A stretch of 64,000 bases of DNA from the NCBI GenBank assembly GCA_964545475.1, contig CAZJGG010000003.1, forward strand, positions 757 to 64,756, written 5' to 3'. This DNA is from an uncultured Eubacteriales bacterium (lineage in GTDB: Bacteria > Bacillota > Clostridia > Lachnospirales > JAISER01). Positions 1 through 9,267 of the stretch are shown one piece after another. Position 1 is the stretch's first letter; the number at the start of each line of letters is the position of its first letter. Made by a program: the position numbers and the translations under genes. The notes under the pieces were generated by a model, which searched no databases, had not been told where the DNA came from, and saw only the letters and a program-made list of their open reading frames with translations.

Positions 1-165
1 CGCTTTGTTAATAAATTTATCTTTAGTATTTTGCGAAGCATCCTCCGCAATTATTATTAATTTGGCTGAATTTGATTGTAAAGCTTTTTCGCAGCTTAAT
101 TCGCCGGACAATATTTTTCCGCTCTTTTGGCAAAGGCTTAAAAGCGATTTAATTTCTCTGTTCAT
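1..165 (-). CDS. ylxQ: L7Ae-family ribosome-associated protein (YlxQ-like); 5' part only, gene runs off the left edge
   Basis: Hand translation of the minus strand from ATG at 165 gives MNREIKSLLSLCQKSGKILSGELSCEKALQSNSAKLIIIAEDASQNTKDKFINKA. It sits directly after ylxR, as in the B. subtilis nusA-ylxR-ylxQ-infB order. It is missing from the ORF track because it is truncated. Confidence 0.6.
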   Translation of the reverse strand, partial: MNREIKSLLSLCQKSGKILSGELSCEKALQSNSAKLIIIAEDASQNTKDKFINKA

Positions 166-433
166 TTGCGCCAATTTCTTCAAGCTCCTTCTTAAAGCCT
201 TCGTAAACGTCTTTCGGCACTGCAGCCTTAAAAGAACGTTCAAGCCCTCTGGATTTAACCGCTTTTGAGAGACAGTCGGCATTAGGGCAAATATATGCGC
301 CGCGCCCAGCCTTTTTGCCTGTTTTGTCTATTAAAAACTCGCCGCTTTCTGTGCGTACGACTCTAATAAGCTCTTTTTTAGGCTTCATTTCCATACAGCC
401 TGTGCATTTTCGCTGCGGTATTTTATTCATCAT
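149..433 (-). CDS. ylxR: YlxR/RnpM-family (DUF448) RNA-binding protein
   Basis: Track ORF 149..463. Contains KCTGC...KKELIRVV...GRGAYIC, the typical YlxR pattern. I moved the start to the ATG pair at 433/430, which overlaps the nusA stop at 423. Confidence 0.8.
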   Translation of the reverse strand: MMNKIPQRKCTGCMEMKPKKELIRVVRTESGEFLIDKTGKKAGRGAYICPNADCLSKAVKSRGLERSFKAAVPKDVYEGFKKELEEIGANEQRN

Positions 434-1598
434 GATTTTCAGCTTCTTTAAAATCCTCATCATCGCCAGAAACGTTGATTTCTAGGCTTTCTTCTTGGGG
501 CAAGCCTAATTCCATAACGTTTTCTTGCTCTTTATTAACAACCATAAAATCGGATAAATCTTGTGAATGGGATTTGCTCTTAATATCAATTCTCCATCCG
601 GTAAGTTTTGCCGCAAGCCTTGCGTTTTGACCGTCCTTACCGATAGCAAGAGAAAGCTGGTTATCCGGCACAATAACTTTTGCCGTTTGGTTATCAGCGT
701 CTATGGAAACCATTAAAACCTTGCTTGGGTTAAGAGCTTGTGCAATAAAGTTTATAGGGTTTTCATCGTAATTGATAATGTCTATTTTTTCGCCGTTAAG
801 CTCTGCGACAACAACGTTTACTCTAGCACCGTTTTGCCCAACGCAAGCGCCTACAGGGTCAACGTTAGGGTTTTTTGAATAAACAGCAATTTTTGTTCTG
901 CTGCCGGCTTCTCTGGCAATAGACTTGATTTCAACAACCCCGTCGTAAATTTCAGGAACTTCCTGCTCAAAAAGCCTTTTAACAAGCTCTGGGTGGGTTC
1001 TGGAAACGTTAATAACAGGACCTTTTGTTGTTTGTTTAACTTCAACAACATAAATTTTAAGTCTATCGCCGAAGTTATAAGCGTCTGTAGACATTTGCTC
1101 CGATTGGGGTAAAACAGCATCAATTTTTCCCATGGCAACGTAAACGTTTTTATGTTCTTTACGCTGAACAATGCCTGTAACAATGTCGTGTTCCTTGGAA
1201 ATGTATTCGTTGTATAAAATTTCACGTTCGGCTTCTCTAAATTTTTGAACAACAACCTGTTTTGCCGTTTGTGCGGCAATTCTGCCAAAGTTTTTCGGCG
1301 TAACAGCGATGTCTACAATATCTCCGATTTCATACATAGGATTTAAAAATTTAGCTTCTGGCAAAGTTATATGGGTATTTGGGTCAATAACTTCTTCTGC
1401 AACCTCTTTTACGGCATAAACAGCAACATTTCCTGTTTTTCTGTCTATTACAACTTTTACGTTTTGCGACGTACCAAAATTCTTTTTGCAAGCAGAAACA
1501 AGTGATGTTTCTATAGCTTCAAAAATAATTTCCTCGTCAATACCTCTTTCCTTGGATATTTGATTTAATGCTTCGATTAAATCAAGGCCTTTATCCAT
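423..1598 (-). CDS. nusA: Transcription termination/antitermination factor NusA
   Basis: 391 aa. The N-terminal domain, S1 and two KH regions are recognisable (for example GDIV..VTPKNFGRIAAQTAKQVV and IGKDGQNARLAAKLTGWRIDIKS). Sits in conserved rimP-nusA-ylxR context. Confidence 0.95.
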   Translation of the reverse strand: MDKGLDLIEALNQISKERGIDEEIIFEAIETSLVSACKKNFGTSQNVKVVIDRKTGNVAVYAVKEVAEEVIDPNTHITLPEAKFLNPMYEIGDIVDIAVTPKNFGRIAAQTAKQVVVQKFREAEREILYNEYISKEHDIVTGIVQRKEHKNVYVAMGKIDAVLPQSEQMSTDAYNFGDRLKIYVVEVKQTTKGPVINVSRTHPELVKRLFEQEVPEIYDGVVEIKSIAREAGSRTKIAVYSKNPNVDPVGACVGQNGARVNVVVAELNGEKIDIINYDENPINFIAQALNPSKVLMVSIDADNQTAKVIVPDNQLSLAIGKDGQNARLAAKLTGWRIDIKSKSHSQDLSDFMVVNKEQENVMELGLPQEESLEINVSGDDEDFKEAENHDE

Positions 1599-1616
1599 TT
1601 TGCTAAAACCTCCTCT

Positions 1617-2081
1617 TTAAAAAAATACGGCAAGCTTGCATGAAGCTGTGTCTTTTTGGTCAAATTCCAAAACGCCGCATTTTTCATCATTAATTTTAAT
1701 AATGCCGTCTTGATAGGATAACAGTTCGCCTTGAAACAGCTTGCAGCCGTTTCTTGCTTTAAAAAGCTTTATGTCAACAATACTTCCTATATGTTTTAAG
1801 AAATGAGCTTCTTTTTTAAGAGCTCTGTCAACCCCGGGGGAACTTACTTCAAGTATATATGGGTGGGAAACAGGGTCTCTTTCGTCCAAAAGCTTGTCTA
1901 TTTTTTTATTAATTACTTCGCAATCGGAAATAGTAACTCCGCTGTCTTTGTCTATATAGGCACGGATATACCATTCTTGCCCCTCTTTAACATACTCTAC
2001 GTCATACAAGCTTAACCCCTCGCTTTGCACAACAGGCTCAAAAATTTCCCACAAAAAAGGAAGCAGATCTTTTTTATTCAT
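1617..2081 (-). CDS. rimP: Ribosome maturation factor RimP
   Basis: Track ORF 1617..2090. Contains the EVSSPGVDRALK motif and lies immediately upstream of nusA. I chose ATG 2081 as the start because GAGAGG lies 8 nt upstream; the GTG at 2090 has no spacer. Confidence 0.85.
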   Translation of the reverse strand: MNKKDLLPFLWEIFEPVVQSEGLSLYDVEYVKEGQEWYIRAYIDKDSGVTISDCEVINKKIDKLLDERDPVSHPYILEVSSPGVDRALKKEAHFLKHIGSIVDIKLFKARNGCKLFQGELLSYQDGIIKINDEKCGVLEFDQKDTASCKLAVFF

Positions 2082-2155
2082 TTTAAACACCTCTCATTCG
2101 TACGTATACCCATTTCAACAATTAATTGTTATGAGTATAAATTAGGGCAAGAACA

Positions 2156-2185
2156 GATAAGAGTGGGTTCGCACCCACTCTTATC
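2156..2185 (-). terminator. Terminator-like leader hairpin upstream of rimP-nusA (candidate attenuator)
   Basis: Perfect 13-bp inverted repeat GATAAGAGTGGGT / ACCCACTCTTATC with a 4-nt loop. On the minus strand it is followed by an interrupted T tract (TGTTCTTGCCC). It lies between the predicted promoter (2214-2242) and the rimP start. Confidence 0.5.
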
Positions 2186-2213
2186 GTCATCTAGCATCTA
2201 TTAATCAAAAAGC

Positions 2214-2242
2214 AGTATAACACAAATAAATTCTTAATGCAA
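2214..2242 (-). promoter_or_regulatory. Candidate sigma-A promoter for rimP-nusA
   Basis: The minus strand reads TTGCAT, 17 nt, TATACT, with TG 1 nt upstream of the -10 (extended -10). Confidence 0.5.
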
Positions 2243-2251
2243 CTGTTTTTA

Positions 2252-2280
2252 TTGAAAAACCCAAGAAATAAATGTATAAT
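2252..2280 (+). promoter_or_regulatory. Candidate sigma-A promoter for the A2M-like gene
   Basis: TTGAAA, 17 nt, TATAAT, about 35 nt upstream of the AGGAGG SD and ATG 2314. Confidence 0.55.
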
Positions 2281-2313
2281 GTTATTATTCAAACAAATCA
2301 AGGAGGAAATTAC

Positions 2314-5300
2314 ATGAACAAAAAGAACGCATTTGCTGTTGCCGCTGTTGTGTTAGTTATATCTATAGCTTCAGCGGCATTTTATTTTATGGGCGGAGGC
2401 AAACCGGAAGACAATAAAGTAGCGGATAATAACCTGCCAAAAAGCATACAAAATGTTCCGGAAACACCCGAAAATGCTCAATTTAAAATCGCCCCCTCTG
2501 CAATAGGTGATATTGTTATAACTCCGGCGAGTTTTTCGGAGCTTGGTGTTTCAGTGGATTCCTCCTTTTTAATAAAAGCAAAGGCAGAAATTTCCGAAGA
2601 CGAGATTTTAGCAAGGCTTAGTGTAAAATCCGGAGAATCCTTTAAAATAGAAAAATCTAAATCAAAAGAAGCAGACTACTTGCTCTCTTTTAATGAACCT
2701 CTTGAAAAAGAGAAAATATATAATTTCCAATACTTAGAAGAGGGCAAAGCGCCATTGTCTTTTGCTTTTCAAACAGAAAGCGGTCTTAAAATAATATCAT
2801 CAAACATAGCCCAAGATGCATACGCCGTCCCTGTAGAAAGCGGTATAGAGATTACGTTTAATCAAGAACTTGACCGTGAAAGCGTATTTGAGGAAAATTT
2901 TAGAATAAGCCCGGAAGTGACTGGTAAATTCATAAAAGTAGGCAATACATATAGTTTTATTCCCGATAGATTGCAATATAACGCTGAATATAACATAACT
3001 GTGGCAAAAGGCTTAAAAAGCCTTGAAGGAGACGTTTTAGAAGAGGATTACAGCTTGAAATTTCACACAACATGGGAGTACGATGCAAATGGTAATGTAT
3101 TCGCTATTACAGGGGATATGCGCCAGACATATTTGCCAAGTGAAGACGTTGTTTTTGAAATGAGCGTGGGAAAAGAAATAGCGGCAGCAGGCATTGAAAC
3201 AAAGATTTACAGCATAAAAACTAAAGAGGATTACTTAAACTCTATAGACAAGCCTGTTAACGGAGAATTAGAAGAAATTATTGAAACAGAGCTTATAGAA
3301 AGCGTTCAGGAATATTCTACATCTTATTACTTATCTTTAAATAAGCCGCTGGAAGAAGGATATTATTATATTTCCTTAAAAACGGAGGTGGGAGGGCAAA
3401 CATTTGAAGCCCACAAGCTTGTGCAAGTTTCGCCGCTTTCTGTTTATTGCCTCTCTATAGGTGGAGATATGTTAGTTTGGGTTAACGATACAAAAACTGG
3501 TAAACCGGCAGAAGGAGCAAATGTAATTACGGACAGCATTACGGCTGTTACAGACAGCGAAGGCAAAGCAATTTTGCAAACAAAAAAGGATAATAAAAAT
3601 GCTGTAACGGAAATCAGTTACGGAAGTTATAAAACTTTTATTTACAACAACGTTACATATAGCCAGAAAGAATTAAGTATTAACCAAAAGTATTTTTCTT
3701 ATGTTTATACAGACAGAGCCCAGTATAAGCCTAACGACTCAATTGACGTTTTTGGCGTTATAAAAGAAAGATATTCTCAATATAAAATAACAAAAAATGA
3801 TAAAGTAACTGTAAAACTAGGGGACATTAAAGAAATTCCTGTGGAAGTAGACAACTACGGCACTTTTAATGTAAAAATTCCCGTTAGTAATATGAAGGGA
3901 TTCAGTTATATTTATATATATTTAAACGGTGAAAGGTTAACTGAAACATCGGTTAACTTTATTGAATATCAAAAAAGTAAATATATTTTTGATATTAAAC
4001 TAGACAAACCATTATATATGATTGGGGAAGAGATTGGCTTTACAATTAATGCAACAACTTTTGACGGCACTCCAGTTGGGGGTATTGCCATTAACTGCTC
4101 TGAATATCCAGAAGCAAACTGTGTTACAGATGCAAACGGGACAGCAACAGGAAAGCTGACTGTAAAAGGCGGAAGCTGGTGGGATTGGAAGCCTTATTAT
4201 TCAGGGTTATGGTTTTCAACTGTAAGCGATGACGACAACCCCCAAAGCATTTATACATATTTTTATACTATGCCAAGCGATGTAATGCTTGAACATAAAA
4301 AGCTTTCTGATAACTCTATAGAATTTACTTCAAGCGCAATTGATGTGGAAAAAGCAAATAAGTATCTTGAAAAAGATAATAATAATTTTGACGAAGATGT
4401 TTATAGAGGTAAATCAATTGATATGAGCTTTAGCATTAAAGTTACAAAAACTACAAATATGCTTGTTAAAGTCGGGGAACGGTACGACTTTATAAACAAA
4501 GTAAAAGTTCCGTCTTTTAAATATGATAGTAAGCAAGAGGATTACGGAGTTATAGACGTTAAAACAGTTAACGGAAAAGCTGTAATTACTGATTTGCCGT
4601 CAAGCACAGATCCCCTTGTTTCATATTCTTTTGATCTTAATATGACGGACAAAAAGGGTGGAAATATAAGCTATAGATTATATGAATTTGACATTTACAA
4701 ACCTATGTACAGCGGTAAAAAAGAATATGCCCTTAGTTTTACAAAAAAAGATTCAAATAATGTTTATGATTCTTATGCCAAAATGGAACTTAATGAAACT
4801 GTAGATTTGTTTGTTGAAGACAGAAGCGGCGAAGAAAAACAAGTAACAAACGGCAAACTTTTAGTAGTAAATGTACATAACCAACGGGTTTTAAATTCTC
4901 ATACGGGAAGCCCTCAAAAATTGCCGTTTACGTTTACAAAAGATAATATTAATATGTCTGAAATGTTTGGGGCATATTTCGATGGAAAGTATATATACCC
5001 TCTATATCCCCTTTATATTTATTATGGATACGATGAAAGAAAGCTTGATATAGACATTTCTTTTGATAAAGAAAGCTATAAGCCGGGAGAAGAGGTTGCC
5101 GCAAAAATACAAGTTAAAGACAAAGACGGCAAAAACCGAAAAGCATTGGTTAATTTAAGCGTTGTAGACGAAGCAGTGTTTGGCATGATGGATCACGTGC
5201 CAATGTTTTTAGACGGGTTTTACGGAAGCATAAATTCCTATTCGTATGACTACTTTGTTTATGTATCTTATACTCCACAGATTTACGGCTGGGGAGGGGG

Positions 5301-7236
5301 AGCAGAAAAAGGCGGCGGCGGAGACGAATATATGTTAAGGAAAGACTTTGTTGACAATCCTTATTTTATTTCTTCCGAAACCGATGATAACGGCGCTATA
5401 ACAATTAAGTTCAGGTTGCCGGATAATATTACATCATGGAGGACGGCAGTTCACGCAATAACACAGGATAACTATTTAGGAAATACACATTCACATGCAA
5501 TTTCAACCCTTCCTTATAACATAGATGTTGTTATGGCAGACAACTTTGTTGAAGGAGACGATTTTGCGGTTTTAATAAAATCTTTCGGTAATGAGTTTAA
5601 ATTTAACGATACAGAGGTTAAATATGCTGTAGAAATCTTAAATAAAGATAACAGCATTGTTTACAACGGAGAAAAAACCAGTAAGACCTATGCAGACTTT
5701 AATGCCGGAAAACTCCCTAAAGGGGAATATACCGTAAGAGTTTACGGCGAGGCTGGGGAATTTAAAGATGCTATGGAAAAAACCGTTAATGTATCTGATG
5801 TTAACAACATTTTACCAATAAACGCAACAGCATTAATTTCAGATGAAAACCTTAAGCTTCCAGGTTATGACATAATCGGTTCACCAATAAAAATGGAGTT
5901 TTCAAACGGTGAAATAAGTGATTTTATAAACGTATTAAAAGACTGTATGAACTTTACATCAAACAGAACGGATTACACAGCCGCAACTGCTTTCGGGCAA
6001 GACTTTTTAAAAGGAGTACGGTACTATGGCGGAGATGAAAATCCCTATGAAAGCGTTTATTTAAATGCAAAAGGTTCTATAGATGATGTTTACGGTGTTT
6101 CCGAGCTGGTTTACGGAGAAAAAGAGCCGTTATACACAGCAAGGTTTGCCGCAAGCTTCCCGGAAATTGTAAGCTTTGACAGCATTTTGCGATATATAAA
6201 TGAAGAAACACAAATGTATGGAAGTAATGGTTTAGTTCCAAAAGAGTTTACAGAAAGCAGACAGGAAACTCTTCGTGCCGCAGGTTATTTAGCCCACGCC
6301 GCAGGTCAAAAAAGCGTGCTTTTAGAAATTTATAAGCAAATTGAAATAATAGAAAACGATGGAAACCAGCAAAAATTTACTACAGATTATTATGAGAATT
6401 TACGGGTTATGTTTTATGCAGCGGCTTTATGCGCTTTAGGAGACGACGTTATGGCAAGTTCCCTTATGGAAAAATACGGCAGCCCTAAGCTTAATTTAAG
6501 CGACGTAGATGAGAAAGAAGAGGAACTACGTTACGAATATATTAAAACCATGCAGCTTTTTGTTAATACTACTATTGCGCCGGACAAAGCTTTTGATTAT
6601 CTCATAAACAAAAAGCCAAACAAATTTGTAAGTGATGTTTGCGAAAAAATTAATTTTATTAGGAAGGCGTTCCCGGCTGGCGGTGTAAAATCCGAAATAA
6701 GCATTAGCTTAAACGGCAAAACAGAGAGCATTAAGCTTACAAATTTTGAAACCAGGTTTATAGAAATTTCAAAAGAGCAGTACGAAACTCTTAACATTAA
6801 GCAAATAAGCGGAAAAACTCAAACATGGCTTTCTTTTAACGGAAGCCCAGCAAACTTAGACGAAAGCTTAAAACAAATTAAAATAACAAAAAATATTGAA
6901 AAATCCGACTTTTCGGAAAACATGTATAAAGTTACGTTAACAATAGAACCGCCTGGAAATGAAAAGCTTTATAGTTACACAATAAGGGATAGAGTACCTA
7001 GCAATATGCGCTACACAGGGACAAACAGACCTATGTTTGAAGACGGCAGTTATTATTTCATAGACAACACTGAAAAACAGTTTTTAAACATTGATGTCAG
7101 TGATATGCTAAACAGAAGTACTTACGAAGTAACTTATCACTTAATAAAAGTAAACGATTCAGAAGCAGTTGAGGGTCAGGCCTATGTAAGCGGTTATAAC
7201 TTTAAGACGGATAAAATTTGGGGAGCTACCCAATGA
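2314..7236 (+). CDS. Membrane-anchored alpha-2-macroglobulin (MG-domain) family protein with no thioester motif
   Basis: Track ORF 2272..7236. I moved the start to ATG 2314: AGGAGG lies 7 nt upstream and the predicted promoter falls inside the longer ORF. It has an N-terminal TM segment (AFAVAAVVLVISIASAAFYF) and an Ig-like domain. It also carries the signature DNPYFISSETDDNGAITIKFRLPDNITSWR, typical of bacterial A2M/MG domains. No CxEQ motif occurs anywhere in the translation. Confidence 0.75.
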   Translation: MNKKNAFAVAAVVLVISIASAAFYFMGGGKPEDNKVADNNLPKSIQNVPETPENAQFKIAPSAIGDIVITPASFSELGVSVDSSFLIKAKAEISEDEILARLSVKSGESFKIEKSKSKEADYLLSFNEPLEKEKIYNFQYLEEGKAPLSFAFQTESGLKIISSNIAQDAYAVPVESGIEITFNQELDRESVFEENFRISPEVTGKFIKVGNTYSFIPDRLQYNAEYNITVAKGLKSLEGDVLEEDYSLKFHTTWEYDANGNVFAITGDMRQTYLPSEDVVFEMSVGKEIAAAGIETKIYSIKTKEDYLNSIDKPVNGELEEIIETELIESVQEYSTSYYLSLNKPLEEGYYYISLKTEVGGQTFEAHKLVQVSPLSVYCLSIGGDMLVWVNDTKTGKPAEGANVITDSITAVTDSEGKAILQTKKDNKNAVTEISYGSYKTFIYNNVTYSQKELSINQKYFSYVYTDRAQYKPNDSIDVFGVIKERYSQYKITKNDKVTVKLGDIKEIPVEVDNYGTFNVKIPVSNMKGFSYIYIYLNGERLTETSVNFIEYQKSKYIFDIKLDKPLYMIGEEIGFTINATTFDGTPVGGIAINCSEYPEANCVTDANGTATGKLTVKGGSWWDWKPYYSGLWFSTVSDDDNPQSIYTYFYTMPSDVMLEHKKLSDNSIEFTSSAIDVEKANKYLEKDNNNFDEDVYRGKSIDMSFSIKVTKTTNMLVKVGERYDFINKVKVPSFKYDSKQEDYGVIDVKTVNGKAVITDLPSSTDPLVSYSFDLNMTDKKGGNISYRLYEFDIYKPMYSGKKEYALSFTKKDSNNVYDSYAKMELNETVDLFVEDRSGEEKQVTNGKLLVVNVHNQRVLNSHTGSPQKLPFTFTKDNINMSEMFGAYFDGKYIYPLYPLYIYYGYDERKLDIDISFDKESYKPGEEVAAKIQVKDKDGKNRKALVNLSVVDEAVFGMMDHVPMFLDGFYGSINSYSYDYFVYVSYTPQIYGWGGGAEKGGGGDEYMLRKDFVDNPYFISSETDDNGAITIKFRLPDNITSWRTAVHAITQDNYLGNTHSHAISTLPYNIDVVMADNFVEGDDFAVLIKSFGNEFKFNDTEVKYAVEILNKDNSIVYNGEKTSKTYADFNAGKLPKGEYTVRVYGEAGEFKDAMEKTVNVSDVNNILPINATALISDENLKLPGYDIIGSPIKMEFSNGEISDFINVLKDCMNFTSNRTDYTAATAFGQDFLKGVRYYGGDENPYESVYLNAKGSIDDVYGVSELVYGEKEPLYTARFAASFPEIVSFDSILRYINEETQMYGSNGLVPKEFTESRQETLRAAGYLAHAAGQKSVLLEIYKQIEIIENDGNQQKFTTDYYENLRVMFYAAALCALGDDVMASSLMEKYGSPKLNLSDVDEKEEELRYEYIKTMQLFVNTTIAPDKAFDYLINKKPNKFVSDVCEKINFIRKAFPAGGVKSEISISLNGKTESIKLTNFETRFIEISKEQYETLNIKQISGKTQTWLSFNGSPANLDESLKQIKITKNIEKSDFSENMYKVTLTIEPPGNEKLYSYTIRDRVPSNMRYTGTNRPMFEDGSYYFIDNTEKQFLNIDVSDMLNRSTYEVTYHLIKVNDSEAVEGQAYVSGYNFKTDKIWGATQ

Positions 7237-8084
7237 AAGAAATTTTGACTATAGTTTTATGTTTAATAAGTGTTTTTTCAAGAGTTGACAGTACGGAATA
7301 TGCTGTAAACTCTAAAATGCTTAATATTAAAACCATTACTGGGGCAGAATTTAAAAATTCTGTTCAAAATCCAAGGGAGTATTATTTTAGTGAGAAAGTG
7401 TCAGCAGGGGTTGTGCCACACCATACAACTGCGGCGGAGCTAATTTCAGGCTTTTTTGAAGCTTGCTCCGAAAAAGGCGTCTACGACACAATTATTATAA
7501 TTTCTCCTAACCATGAAGGGGACTTAGCAGGGGTTGTTACGTCTCTTTCTGGTTTTAATACAGGAAGTGGTGTTTATTGCGACACAGACATAATAAACGA
7601 AGTTTGCGAAAATTTTGATAATATTACTTTAAATGATGAAAGAATGGAAGCGGAGCATTCCGCTTCCGTTTTAATGCCTTATGTTAATTATTATTTTCCA
7701 AAAGCAAAGGTTGCGCCGTTTTTAGTTAGCAGAACACTTTCCATGGACGAAACTTTAATATTAGCAGAAACCATTGAAAATGCGGCAAAAAACTCTGAAA
7801 AAAAGGTATTATTATTATGTTCTATAGACTTTTCCCATTTTTTATCCCCGGAAAAGGCTGCTTTAAATGATATAAAAACAAAGGAGGCAATCCTTTCAAA
7901 GGATTACCTCCAAATTCATAACTTTTCAAATAATTTTGTAGACAGCCCCGCCTCCCTAATAATTTTTTTACATTACCTTGAAAGCTTAGGGAAAAGCCTT
8001 ATAATTATTGATAACACGGATTCCTCGTATTTTTTACGTCAGCGCATGATTGAAACTACAACATATTTTGTATTAGCCGGCTAA
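7233..8084 (+). CDS. MEMO1 / AmmeMemoRadiSam-B-like (LigB superfamily) protein with an N-terminal signal-like segment
   Basis: Track ORF 7218..8084. ATG 7233 overlaps the upstream stop as ATGA. Motifs GVVPHHTTAAE, SPNHEG, AEHSASVLMPY and SIDFSHF resemble the MEMO family. The hydrophobic N-terminus is KEILTIVLCLISVF. Confidence 0.55.
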   Translation: MKEILTIVLCLISVFSRVDSTEYAVNSKMLNIKTITGAEFKNSVQNPREYYFSEKVSAGVVPHHTTAAELISGFFEACSEKGVYDTIIIISPNHEGDLAGVVTSLSGFNTGSGVYCDTDIINEVCENFDNITLNDERMEAEHSASVLMPYVNYYFPKAKVAPFLVSRTLSMDETLILAETIENAAKNSEKKVLLLCSIDFSHFLSPEKAALNDIKTKEAILSKDYLQIHNFSNNFVDSPASLIIFLHYLESLGKSLIIIDNTDSSYFLRQRMIETTTYFVLAG

Positions 8085-8095
8085 ACGGTTTTGTT

Positions 8096-8515
8096 TTATC
8101 TTTTTGGTTTTTTTAGAATGCCCATGTTTATGCCTATTACACCGCCTAAACCCCCGCCGGAAAGTGAAAGAATCAATAATGTAATTGTGCGGGAATCAAC
8201 TTTAAAGCCTTTGTTTACCCAAATGCCGATTGCAGCAAGGAGTACTGCGTAAATTAAACCGGCAATTATGCCCCATAGCCAGCCTCTGCTTTCGGCATAC
8301 TTAGAGGCATCAAAACCTGCAACAACAACGGATATTAACGTTGTTACCGTTACGACAAGCGGCAAGCTTTGCCCGGTAAACGATGAATATGTAATAAGCA
8401 CGGCATATCCAATTAATACAACGGCCGTTATAGCATACGCCACTAATACACCCGAAATTAGTGAATTTAGCTGGGACGGCTTTTCCTCGGTTACTACATT
8501 TGTTACCTGCTTCAT
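8096..8515 (-). CDS. Small integral membrane protein (about 4 TM; possibly YrzE/TIGR04086-like)
   Basis: 139 aa with four hydrophobic stretches rich in G, A, I, L and V. The family call is tentative. Confidence 0.6.
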   Translation of the reverse strand: MKQVTNVVTEEKPSQLNSLISGVLVAYAITAVVLIGYAVLITYSSFTGQSLPLVVTVTTLISVVVAGFDASKYAESRGWLWGIIAGLIYAVLLAAIGIWVNKGFKVDSRTITLLILSLSGGGLGGVIGINMGILKKPKR

Positions 8516-8587
8516 GTAAGAACCTCCATATTATATTTGCTTACTACTATTTTACTATGAGTAAAAGCAAAATATGAATGTTCTGTA

Positions 8588-9031
8588 CTATAAAATATGC
8601 AGTACGCTGTCGCCCTCAGTGTTAATAGTTTTAAGCAAGCTCAACGCTTCTGCCTGATATTCGGTAATTTCATGAAGCTTATTAACAATGGAAGTATAAT
8701 CTGCATTTGAAATCATAATTTTAAAATCTTTATTAGCGTGTATTTTTTCAAGTGCTATAGACAGCTTTGCGCCTTGATTATGAGAAAGGGTAATAAATTT
8801 AGCAAAATATTCAATTTGTTTTTCAGAAAGGCTTTTTTTAATATGCTTCATAAAATCAAGCCTTGCCTGAATTTTTGTATTAATTTTTTCCCTTTCATTA
8901 AGCTCTTTTGTAATTTTTTTTGTATTTTCGCTTAAGTTTTTCATCATTTTATCAATACTTGCCTCTTTGTTTTTAGTCGGCTTATTAATGATCTTGTTAC
9001 TATCAGATTCATAGCTTAATAATGCAGACAT
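8588..9031 (-). CDS. Hypothetical helical/coiled-coil protein
   Basis: 147-aa ORF, Lys/Glu-rich, with a GGGGG SD-like run 6 nt upstream of the ATG. I recognise no family. Confidence 0.5.
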   Translation of the reverse strand: MSALLSYESDSNKIINKPTKNKEASIDKMMKNLSENTKKITKELNEREKINTKIQARLDFMKHIKKSLSEKQIEYFAKFITLSHNQGAKLSIALEKIHANKDFKIMISNADYTSIVNKLHEITEYQAEALSLLKTINTEGDSVLHIL

Positions 9032-9267
9032 CGAAAGCCCCCGTTTTCTAAAGCTGTTCCATGTTTTACCAGGAAAGCTCTAATTGTTTTTTGCTATATT
9101 TTATTATACGACTTTTTTGTAAAAAAGTCTCAACCACGCACCTATGCATGTTAATACTAAGGCGTAGTTGTCGGAAAGCAGTGCGGACAAAATGTCCGCA
9201 CGCCGTCATGACAATATTTATGTTTCACTGTCATCCCGATTATAACACATCGCAATCAAGAAAAATG

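Noticed and set aside
851-1288. 145-aa ORF nested in nusA, same strand but a different frame.
   Set aside because: It lies entirely inside the well-supported nusA frame. It is Leu/Lys/Phe-rich, which is typical of off-frame translation of AT-rich coding DNA.
9157-9234. 25-codon minus-strand ORF MTVKHKYCHDGVRTFCPHCFPTTTP with a CPHC-like motif, between the Met-rich ORF and the 147-aa gene.
   Set aside because: There is no spacer between any SD-like sequence and the ATG. It overlaps the 9181-9201 hairpin, which explains the sequence better as RNA structure. It is too short to evaluate.
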